Source: Glycocaulis sp. | GTDB taxonomy: Bacteria > Pseudomonadota > Alphaproteobacteria > Caulobacterales > Maricaulaceae | Length of the DNA stretch: 64,000 nucleotides | Direction of reading: 5' to 3' | NCBI RefSeq assembly: GCF_051859565.1 | Contig: NZ_JBHYFK010000004.1 | Span: 271,099-335,098, forward strand | Part shown: one piece after another, positions 40,455 through 48,424 of the stretch | Layout of the letters: the number at the start of each line of letters is the position of its first letter | Position numbering within the stretch: the first letter of the stretch is position 1 | Notes under the pieces: model-generated | What the model saw: only the letters and a program-made list of their open reading frames with translations | What the model was told of the DNA's origin: nothing | The model's database searches: none | Translations under genes and position numbers: made by a program

Positions 40455-40496
40455 GAGACCCGGATCCGAACTCGCCAGCTCGTCCGGGTCTTTTTC
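40455..40496 (+). terminator. intrinsic terminator candidate (plus strand)
   Basis: gagacccgga..tccgggtctc-like stem of 9-10 bp followed by ttttt, 60 nt after the plus-strand ORF stop at 40395. Confidence 0.5.
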
Positions 40497-41131
40497 ACGT
40501 CCAGAGAGAAGCTAAACGGTAAAAGCCACATCAGCTTCACTCCCTTCAGCAGGGAAGGCGTATCGCCGACTGCCTTTCGATCATCAGGTTCAACTTTATC
40601 CCGTCATTTCTCGGCGCTGAGGTCGGAATGGGCCGTCAGTACGGAATGCGGATCCGGGTTGGCATCTGACGCGATGGAGACTCGATAATTCGAATTGGGG
40701 TTTACGGTTTTGAGGCAGAGGTTTTGGTGGGTGCGGCTTTAATGTCTCCGTTTGGGTTTTCAGCTTTGCTGAAAGCACGGCAGGTGCCTCTCCCTCGCAC
40801 TTAGTGCGAGGGAGAAGGGGCTGGTGCAGATATGGCAGGGGAATTAGGCCAGTTGGCCGACTTGCTTAGCTCGGTGTCATAAGAACAATCCGATTTTTCT
40901 TGGATATCATTCCAACTGATCTGATGAGCCACGACATTTGCTTGTTCTACATCACGCTGGAGAACCGCAGGCATCGCCCCTTGCCGTGCATCGGCATCGG
41001 GTTTGATCTTGATCGACACTGGCTCCTACAAGAAACGCAGTGCTGAAATTTCGAACTGAGACCCTACCCCTGATCTGTGTTGCCTGCCTGAAATCGGAAG
41101 GTAGGGTAGACGGGACTACAGGGGGTAGCGG

Positions 41132-42208
41132 ATGGGCGACGTACTTCATCCGAGGTTGATCGGACAGATTGCCTCAATTCTTGGCACGATCAGAACGCAC
41201 GGGCTGTTGAGCGAGCGATGGCTGGAGGCGCAGCTCCATGAGGCTATAACCATAAGACGGGCGCGCTTGCCCAACGAGGACCGGGAGGTCGGCGCCCGGC
41301 GCAACTGGCTATCGCGCCTGGTGAGAAAACCCCTTAATGATCGTGGCCATGCGAAGCGCTGTGCCGAAGTCCTCCTGCTCAAGGGTGACGTTTCGTCCGA
41401 TCAGATACGCCGCCACCTGACCGGAAAGCTGGAAAGCAGGACCGCGATCTACGCTATCCGGGACTATCTGATGCGCCACGGCCTCGCATCGCTCGCAGCG
41501 CCACTCGACGCGCTTGGCGATGAAGCCTTCGCCAATCTCATTGATGCCAGCGTTTACCGGTTTGCCTATGGCCGGTTTGGCGAGGTGGAGTTTGATCAGC
41601 AGCTGATATTCGGACAGACGAGCGGCGCGTATGTGATCTACCTTAAAGCGTCGGGCTCAGGTGTTCTGGAGCGTCGGCTGTTGGCCTTCCGCAGTGACCC
41701 GCTCGTCAGCGGTGTTCGGGCCGTCGAGCTTTACAGGGAGAACGGGAAGCTGCGGATGAGGACAGGGCTCATTGCTCCGCGGATCGGCGTTCATTCCGTT
41801 CTCCTGTCAGACGAAATCAGTCCGGCGCTCACCAGAGACCTGCTCAATTCGTTTTCTTCCGATGCCGCCGACAGCTCCATGATCGACGGCGTCCTCGCAG
41901 AGGCCATGCAGAGCCAGGACGGCCGGTCATGGCTGGAAATGCACAGTCTCGCCTTCTACAGTCTGCGCAGCGATAGCTCGAACCGGATCAGTGGGGCTTT
42001 TCTCGATGGAGACAAGTTTGGCGCGATGGTCGGGCGGCGTGTCGAAGGAGACAGGATCACTGGCGGAGAAATCGAAAAGCTGGCCCCTTTGGGGCGAAGC
42101 AGCGAAGCGGATCTGGACCGGGCCGACCGCATACTGATCGACGAGATGCCACGCCTGTCGGTGGATGAGCTGATGCGTGAAGTGGCCACCAGGATAGAAG
42201 CTAGTTGA
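41132..42208 (+). CDS. hypothetical protein (358 aa), no recognisable family
   Basis: Clean ORF with balanced composition, predicted soluble. First gene of a co-directional pair. Confidence 0.6.
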   Translation: MGDVLHPRLIGQIASILGTIRTHGLLSERWLEAQLHEAITIRRARLPNEDREVGARRNWLSRLVRKPLNDRGHAKRCAEVLLLKGDVSSDQIRRHLTGKLESRTAIYAIRDYLMRHGLASLAAPLDALGDEAFANLIDASVYRFAYGRFGEVEFDQQLIFGQTSGAYVIYLKASGSGVLERRLLAFRSDPLVSGVRAVELYRENGKLRMRTGLIAPRIGVHSVLLSDEISPALTRDLLNSFSSDAADSSMIDGVLAEAMQSQDGRSWLEMHSLAFYSLRSDSSNRISGAFLDGDKFGAMVGRRVEGDRITGGEIEKLAPLGRSSEADLDRADRILIDEMPRLSVDELMREVATRIEAS

Positions 42209-42315
42209 TGTTGAAGGACACGGAGGCCCCATCATACCGTCCAGTTCTGAAGCACTCATTTTGAGCGTTTGCTGCCTGCAAGCGGCCGTCGGCAACCGAA
42301 CAGAGGAGAGAAACG

Positions 42316-43707
42316 ATGCGTGCAGTTCGGTGGTTAGCTACGACGCTCGTTGCTCTTGTCGGTTTATGTGCTGGCGCAATTCAGTTGATCGATTTTGCGT
42401 GCCCAAGGTTCGGGGTGGCGTGTTCTCTGTCGAGTAATCCTCCCAGTGTCGAGCGTGTGATCGGCCCGAACGCTCGAAGTGTTGACATACGCCTGACGCG
42501 GGAGCCCGAAACCTTTGCCGGGCTACGTTACCGGATCGCGTCCGGCCTGTTTGGTGGTGAACGCGTTGAGGTGCTTGCCGTATTCGATGACGCCGAATTC
42601 ATCGTTCATTCTGACTCTTTGGACGAACGCCGGTTTGTGCCGGGAGATTCCGACAGTCTTCGAGCCGTAAGCGGAGCGCTTGTGGCAGAACGGGAGGCAG
42701 ATCGCTCGTCGGTAGGCATTCCCGCCCGAATTTTGCTCGTTCTTGCAGATGAGCTGATTGTTCGCCGGCATTTCCTCGTTGAGTTCGCACCCGGCTTACC
42801 TTCGCAGGAAAGTTTCGACATCACCAATGTCAGCTTCTCGGTGGCCGGCCGGCGCCTTTCATTCGACTTGTCGGCCACTGCGCCATCGGTGTTCATTCAG
42901 GGGCGAGAGGTGAGCTTGCAACAGAGCTCCCGAGTCAGTTCAGGCGCGCGATGGGCCGATCGGGTCCAGATCACCCTTACCGACGGGTTCGAGGTCGAAA
43001 GTGTTCAGACAGCGGCGGGCCTCGATCTAATCGCCGAAATTGAGAGCCGTAGCCAACAGTACACAACGTGCCGGGAGGAGAAGCCCGAGCTGTTCCGTGC
43101 CAGCTTCCCAGATTTTGATCGGGGTTTCGTGACATGCTGGAGCTGGGAGCGGTTCTTTCGGACTGATGTCGAGTCTGGTTTTACTGCTCCGGGAACTATT
43201 GTTTACAGTGTTCTCGACGTCCGCCCGGTCCGGGCGGACGTCATGGTTCACCGGGATCACGGCGTTGGTCTAGAGCACACCGGGATATGTTTGGCGAACA
43301 TGGATAGTGACGTGGTGATTGCCACGGGCGCCTCAGGGCAATGGGTAGTCCATGGTTGCCGTTTCGAACGGCAGGCCCGTGCCTCTGAGCGTCAGCCGTA
43401 TACGACGTCAGGCTACAATGTGCATTTCTACTTCCAGAGAGCCGAGTGGGCCGACCCCGTACGACACACCATAACATGTGACTGCAGCACCCTCTGGCTC
43501 AGAGAATTTGTGTTCGACGAAGAGCGGCATGAGCTGCGGTTTTTGGCAGATACAAATGGGACAGAACTGGAAATTGACGGGACGTTGCAAACTACTGGCG
43601 TCACGCCTGCCATGGACGGCAGCAGCGTCGAGGCCCGGATCGAGATCGTCCTGCGCTACGACGGCGCTGGTGTGCGCGATCGGGCCATGATCCGGGCAGG
43701 CGGTTGA
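42316..43707 (+). CDS. hypothetical membrane-anchored protein (463 aa), no recognisable family
   Basis: N-terminal TM (WLATTLVALVGLCAGAIQLI) followed by a beta-rich region of about 430 aa that contains several Cys residues. aggagag lies before the ATG. Confidence 0.6.
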   Translation: MRAVRWLATTLVALVGLCAGAIQLIDFACPRFGVACSLSSNPPSVERVIGPNARSVDIRLTREPETFAGLRYRIASGLFGGERVEVLAVFDDAEFIVHSDSLDERRFVPGDSDSLRAVSGALVAEREADRSSVGIPARILLVLADELIVRRHFLVEFAPGLPSQESFDITNVSFSVAGRRLSFDLSATAPSVFIQGREVSLQQSSRVSSGARWADRVQITLTDGFEVESVQTAAGLDLIAEIESRSQQYTTCREEKPELFRASFPDFDRGFVTCWSWERFFRTDVESGFTAPGTIVYSVLDVRPVRADVMVHRDHGVGLEHTGICLANMDSDVVIATGASGQWVVHGCRFERQARASERQPYTTSGYNVHFYFQRAEWADPVRHTITCDCSTLWLREFVFDEERHELRFLADTNGTELEIDGTLQTTGVTPAMDGSSVEARIEIVLRYDGAGVRDRAMIRAGG

Positions 43708-44006
43708 GGTCTGCAGTGAGGCCGACTTTCGTCCGATGATCTGCCAGCCGCCGTAATAACAGTGCTGAGCTGAGCCTGTCGTACCCCTCATCCATTTTAG
43801 GATGGCTTTGCCTTTTCACGGGGCCTGCGGCAAGCGCCAAAGAGCGCCTACCCTATCGTCCAGTAATTCTAGTATTTTTAGATTTGCGTTCATGTTCAAC
43901 GTCAAACCGCTAGTGCCAAACATTTCAGATAATTGGTTTCTATCTCGAAAATTTCTAGTACAGATTGCGAATTCGGGGTATACTTATATGAATTGGGGAG
44001 GGCAAA

Positions 44007-45038
44007 ATGAACATACAAATAATTTCAAGCATTTCCTTGGCCCTGGCTCTGTCTCTAACAGGCTGTGCGCAAAGGGCAGGCGATCTGGACGATCAGCGGC
44101 AGCGAGATGCGGACCTCGCATCGCCTAGCTCTACCGCAAGGGCGTCACTTTCATCTGATCTTGTTGGGTCATTTTCCCGCGGCCCCCATGAACTCCATTT
44201 CAGCGGATTGACGTGCGACGATCATCTGCCCTACGGCGCGCCAGGGGAAGTCTCCGCCCCCGAAGGGGACCGGGTAACGGTGTGCCAGTGGTCCGGTGAC
44301 GGCCAACAGGCCTTTTTCGTCTCGCGCTATGACCGCAGCCGCGTCTCGGCAGACTGGACCGCTTACACCCTGACACGGGACATGATGCTGGCGGTTGCCC
44401 GGAGCGAAATTGTCCGCCGGGAACATGGCGTGGATTTCCAGCCAGACCCGCAGATCGAGACCGAAGCCTTCCGCTCACCCGGGCATCGGAGCTTTACCGG
44501 GATCGGCAATCTCACGCCAGCCCATGACCGTGGTCATCTGGCTGCGGCCGAGCCGTTCAAATGGAGCCTTGAGGGTTATCAGCGCACTTTCATGGTTTCG
44601 AACATCGCAATCCAAGCAGGCTGGTTCAATCAGCAGCTCTGGCAGGATGTCGAGGCGCAGGTGCAGGGCTGGGCCTGCGATCTCGGGACCGTTCATGTCG
44701 TAACCGGGGTGGTGCATGGCCAGGAGCCGCAAACCTTCCCGCTCCGCCAGCGCAATGATGCGAGCCACATACCGGAATATTTCTACATGGCCGTATACAC
44801 ACCGCACGAAGGTGGTCATGCCGTCGGCATACACTTCCCCAATGCCGTTCCGCCAGCTGATGAACGCGATATCCGTCCGGAAGCGGGGGCGATCACCATC
44901 GTTGAACTTGAGGCGTTAACTGGTCTGAACTTCCACCCCCATATGGATCCAGAGCATCAGTTGGCCGTAGAAGCCCTCCCCGTAGCGGAGTCCATTTGGA
45001 GATTTGACTATCCGCGCAACTTCCAGTGCCGCGAATGA
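44007..45038 (+). CDS. DNA/RNA non-specific endonuclease (NucA/Serratia-type beta-beta-alpha-Me), lipoprotein
   Basis: Lipobox ..LALSLTGC. The catalytic motif ..TPAHDRGHLAAAE.. (DRGH) is followed by ..FMVSNIAIQAGWFNQQLWQDVE.. (Asn metal ligand context). ggggaggg precedes the ATG. Confidence 0.87.
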   Translation: MNIQIISSISLALALSLTGCAQRAGDLDDQRQRDADLASPSSTARASLSSDLVGSFSRGPHELHFSGLTCDDHLPYGAPGEVSAPEGDRVTVCQWSGDGQQAFFVSRYDRSRVSADWTAYTLTRDMMLAVARSEIVRREHGVDFQPDPQIETEAFRSPGHRSFTGIGNLTPAHDRGHLAAAEPFKWSLEGYQRTFMVSNIAIQAGWFNQQLWQDVEAQVQGWACDLGTVHVVTGVVHGQEPQTFPLRQRNDASHIPEYFYMAVYTPHEGGHAVGIHFPNAVPPADERDIRPEAGAITIVELEALTGLNFHPHMDPEHQLAVEALPVAESIWRFDYPRNFQCRE

Positions 45039-45095
45039 GGTGAGAGCCGCGACATTTCAGCGGCGAGGCGGCAATAGCCGCCACCGGATGCGTCC

Positions 45096-45236
45096 TCACA
45101 GAATCCACCGGATCACCGCCACTAGCAACAGAACGATGGCCGCGCCTCCATAGAGCAGGGCGCCGGGCAACCATGAGGGCATCTCCCTGCCGGTTGGCTT
45201 GGGCTGCTGATGGTTGCCTTCACCCCAGTAATTCAC
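45096..45236 (-). CDS. candidate small membrane protein (46 aa), below ORF-track cutoff
   Basis: Own translation gives (GTG)NYWGEGNHQQPKPTGREMPSWLPGALLYGGAAIVLLLVAVIRWIL*. gagggga lies about 9 nt before the GTG. It is co-directional with the upstream 103-aa gene. Confidence 0.3.
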   Translation of the reverse strand: MNYWGEGNHQQPKPTGREMPSWLPGALLYGGAAIVLLLVAVIRWIL

Positions 45237-45298
45237 TGCGTCTTCCCCTCATTTCATGACGCTGGAAGCGGGGCCCGCCCCTGCCAGCTCAGGTGACG

Positions 45299-45610
45299 TC
45301 ACGGGCGACGCGACTGTCTGAAGCGCTGCACTTCCGCGTCACTGACGTCCGAGGCAAAGCACTTCGGAGATGCGCCGCCCGGTCTCGAATAGGCGCTCCG
45401 CCCCCCGCACCGCCGGCCAGCCCTGTCAGGGTTGTACGGACAGGGGCAGTTGCCAGAGTAACTTGCGATGCTTTGCCGGATTATCGCCTGACGGATCTGC
45501 TCGTCCGTCATGTTCGCAGGACTGGGTGGTGACGATGGCTGCTGGTTGCCGAATGAAGGCGCCGCAGACACCAGCAGAAGGCTGGTGAAAAGCAGTATCA
45601 CAAAGCGCAT
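45299..45610 (-). CDS. small secreted Cys-rich protein
   Basis: Signal peptide MRFVILLFTSLLLVSAAPSFG. The conserved-looking block YSGNCPCPYNPDRAGRRCGGRSAYSRPGG is one I recall from hypothetical proteins of other proteobacteria. Confidence 0.6.
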   Translation of the reverse strand: MRFVILLFTSLLLVSAAPSFGNQQPSSPPSPANMTDEQIRQAIIRQSIASYSGNCPCPYNPDRAGRRCGGRSAYSRPGGASPKCFASDVSDAEVQRFRQSRRP

Positions 45611-45755
45611 GAGGCAATCCCCGCTGCAAACCCTCTCCATCAGGTCATCGGAGAAGCGGGGAGTCCATCGAAATCTGGTCGCCGCCCGGTCGGCTTATCG
45701 CCCCGGGCCAATCAGCTAGAGCCAATCTGGAGCTGGCTGTGCTGGCTGCGAGGGC

Positions 45756-46661
45756 CTAGCCTGGCCACCGGACGTCCACCGCAATCGGACAATGATCCGA
45801 CGGGTGGCGCTCGCGGGGGCCAGAAAAAGTCGTTTCGAAGAACGAGCCATCGACCTTGAAACGGGCAGCCTCTTCGTTGAGCACCAGAAAATCGATGAAC
45901 TCGGCATAGCGCGGATTGCATCGAGGGCTGATCCCGGCGCCGGCAAGGCGCAGCGGTGCGGGGTCGCCGTCATTGAGATCGAGCCAGACGCTATCTCCTT
46001 CGACCTCCAGGCGCCTGTTGAAGTCACCGCCCACGATAACGCCACGGCCAGCGGCGCTGCGTTCATCAATCCAGCTTTCGAGAACCGGGACTTGATCGAA
46101 GAAGACCGGGCAGGCAGATGCGGCATCGCCGCTGAAGCAGCCTGATTTGAGGTGCACGCTCATCAGGTCGAGCGGCGCTTCTCCCGTCAGCGTGATGGCA
46201 ACACCCCAGCGTAGCCGGTCCTGACCTTCGACATCGAGTTCGGTAAGGGCTGGGAGGACAACATGGTCGATCCCGCGGCGCACTGCGATAGCGGTGGACT
46301 GCATGGTCAGGCGCGTGCCGTCGTCGCGGCCCCGGCACAGCGGGTAGTCATCCTGTTCGCCAGCCGGGCGGGCTTCGACGTGAAAAGTCCACTGGGAAGG
46401 ATCGAAGACACGCGCGAGTGCCGCCTCGTTCTCGATCTCCTGCAGGAGCCATATATCAGCGCCGACCTCATCGATAATGGCCGTCACGCGCTGATACCCG
46501 GCATCGTCGCGCGGCGCACACCCCATGCCGTTTTCAGCAGCAAGGTGCTCGATATTCCATGCCGCGATGCGTAGCCCGCCGGGTACAGGGGCCGGCGCAG
46601 ACGACCTCTCGCACGCGGTTACCAGAGCAAGCGCACCCAGCGCCGGAATCATCCATTTCAT
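45756..46661 (-). CDS. endonuclease/exonuclease/phosphatase (EEP) family lipoprotein
   Basis: MKWMIPALGALALVTAC lipobox. EEP motifs WNIEHL, LLQEI, GGDFN and PSDHCP. ggagg precedes the ATG. Confidence 0.87.
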   Translation of the reverse strand: MKWMIPALGALALVTACERSSAPAPVPGGLRIAAWNIEHLAAENGMGCAPRDDAGYQRVTAIIDEVGADIWLLQEIENEAALARVFDPSQWTFHVEARPAGEQDDYPLCRGRDDGTRLTMQSTAIAVRRGIDHVVLPALTELDVEGQDRLRWGVAITLTGEAPLDLMSVHLKSGCFSGDAASACPVFFDQVPVLESWIDERSAAGRGVIVGGDFNRRLEVEGDSVWLDLNDGDPAPLRLAGAGISPRCNPRYAEFIDFLVLNEEAARFKVDGSFFETTFSGPRERHPSDHCPIAVDVRWPG

Positions 46662-46977
46662 CGCGGGGACCTCCATTGATAGTGCAAGTATCGCGTGATC
46701 ACGTCAGGCCCGCTAGGCGCCATCAGCGATAATATGACGTTGCTATCCAGGTTACGGGGGCCTGTTCGCCGGATCTGTTCAATAGGCGTTCTAAACAGGG
46801 GGAGTATGGTCTTGGCCGCTCGCTCCCCCATGAGCGCTAATGTGTTGCCCGCGGACGATGGCGAACTCGGGTGCCGGATGGCGCAGCGCCCACTTACGTA
46901 TCGATCAGAGTGGTGATCGGTCCCAATATTCGCGGTTGCTGCGTGACTACTGCCCTCTGCCTGTTCGAGGACACTGG

Positions 46978-47343
46978 CTAGTATTTCCTGACACCGACCG
47001 GGACCAAAGCCTTGAGCAGGCCCGCCGTAGCATCAAGATGGCGGCGCATGGCGCTGACCAATTTGACATCAGCGGTATATTCGGTGGCAGCCATTTCCGC
47101 CACTTGCACGAACATCGACAACTGAGAAGCCACAGGCTGAACGGGCGGGCGGCGGACTTTTAGAAAAACGATCTTGGTCATGATCTTGTGCAGGACCGCC
47201 TCGGCATCATCCGCGATCGCCAGATAGGCCGCCTTCTCGAGCGGCGTGGCCCCCTTGGACACATCCTGATGCGCCAAGACCCTTAGCTCGACGAGCCGGT
47301 CACGTTCTTCCTCGAGCAGACGGATAGCATCATCTACATCCAT
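46978..47343 (-). CDS. hypothetical helical protein (121 aa)
   Basis: ORF with helical, charged composition. No family recognised. Confidence 0.45.
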   Translation of the reverse strand: MDVDDAIRLLEEERDRLVELRVLAHQDVSKGATPLEKAAYLAIADDAEAVLHKIMTKIVFLKVRRPPVQPVASQLSMFVQVAEMAATEYTADVKLVSAMRRHLDATAGLLKALVPVGVRKY

Positions 47344-47542
47344 AACCGGTTCCTTGGCTTAACGAGCATGATAACTGCGATCAATTGGCCGCCGGGTTCT
47401 ACAAAGGCTGCCTATAACCGAGGGTCGGATGAGTGCCAACAGATTTGCTAGAACTGCGGGGAAGAGATCCGCGATATGCACACCAGCGAAAGGCGCCGCC
47501 GCGTAAACCTGACGGCCTCCCGTCCGGCATCACCTTCCCGGC

Positions 47543-47962
47543 CTATTTTCCTTTTGCCGGCGCCTCACCCAGAGAGCCAGCCAGTTGCAACAGGTGGCGG
47601 CGGATTTTGCGGTCTTCGATACGATTGAAGGCTTGGGCGAGTTGCACCCCTTCCCGGCTTCCGACGAAGTTTGAGATTGCCGCTGCTTCATCCTCGTTGC
47701 GCTTCAGGGTATCTACCGCCTGGTCAACGTCCTCGTAAAAATAGCCAACGGGCACCTCCAAGGCACGAGCCAGCTCATAAAGCCGACCTGCGCCGATCCG
47801 GTTGACCCCGTTCTCGTATTTCTGAAGCTGCTGGAAGGTAATCCCAACCTTGGCCGCGAGCGCCTGCTGGGAGATCTGCATGACTCGGCGGCGCAGGCGG
47901 ATGCGGATCCCGACATGCCGGTCGATAAGGTTAGGCGTTCGTGGACTGTCTTTAGACGCCAT
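47543..47962 (-). CDS. XRE-family HTH transcriptional regulator (PraR/PhrR-like)
   Basis: ..IRIRLRRRVMQISQQALAAKVGITFQQLQKYENGVNRIGAGRLYELARALEVPVGYFY.. is a canonical HTH_3 domain. Confidence 0.88.
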   Translation of the reverse strand: MASKDSPRTPNLIDRHVGIRIRLRRRVMQISQQALAAKVGITFQQLQKYENGVNRIGAGRLYELARALEVPVGYFYEDVDQAVDTLKRNEDEAAAISNFVGSREGVQLAQAFNRIEDRKIRRHLLQLAGSLGEAPAKGK

Positions 47963-47980
47963 GGCTTTTGTATCCGGTTT

Positions 47981-48424
47981 CTAGACCCGCTCCCGGTCAC
48001 CGTTTTCGATGGCTGGATCACAGGCCGCCAGCTCACCGGTCTGCCGGTGCCTGACGATTATCTGATAGCGGTATGACTTCATGATCTCGCACGCATCTTC
48101 AAGTACGACACTTCTGCGTTCTGGATCACCGAAGCTTACCTCGAAATCATCCGATTGCGGAAATATGGCGATTCCAGGCCAGATTTTCCCGTCCAGCTCG
48201 AACTCGTGGAACTCCCACTCCTCAGCCGCCAGTGCGAAAATGAGCCGTGTCGGATAGGTGATCTGGAAGTCGCCGGAACTGGCTCCGACATAGACTTTAT
48301 GGGCGGTCTGTGCGGCGCCGCCGGCTACTTCCTGATAGGGATAGACCCTTACCAGGATGTGCAGGACGTTGGGGCCTTCATGACCAGCGCCGGTAAAGAT
48401 ATCGGTATCGTTCCTAGCCTTCAT
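47981..48424 (-). CDS. hypothetical soluble protein (147 aa)
   Basis: Its start lies inside the upstream stop region (aATGAAGGCTAG). Beta-rich composition. The C-terminal ..ACDPAIENG.. is reminiscent of small D-P-x-I-x-N proteins, but this is not assignable by eye. Confidence 0.55.
   Translation of the reverse strand: MKARNDTDIFTGAGHEGPNVLHILVRVYPYQEVAGGAAQTAHKVYVGASSGDFQITYPTRLIFALAAEEWEFHEFELDGKIWPGIAIFPQSDDFEVSFGDPERRSVVLEDACEIMKSYRYQIIVRHRQTGELAACDPAIENGDRERV

Noticed and set aside
40801-41019. 72-aa minus-strand ORF (GTG start, MSIKIKPDADARQG..) and 95-aa plus-strand ORF at 60800..61087
   Set aside because: Both are plausible small proteins, but they have weak or badly spaced SD sequences and no recognisable motif. 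They are left unannotated pending conservation data.
47981-48424. Assigning the 147-aa protein to the 'DP-EP' small-protein family
   Set aside because: Only a D-P-x-I-x-N-like C-terminal motif is recalled from memory. I cannot verify the family definition without a search.
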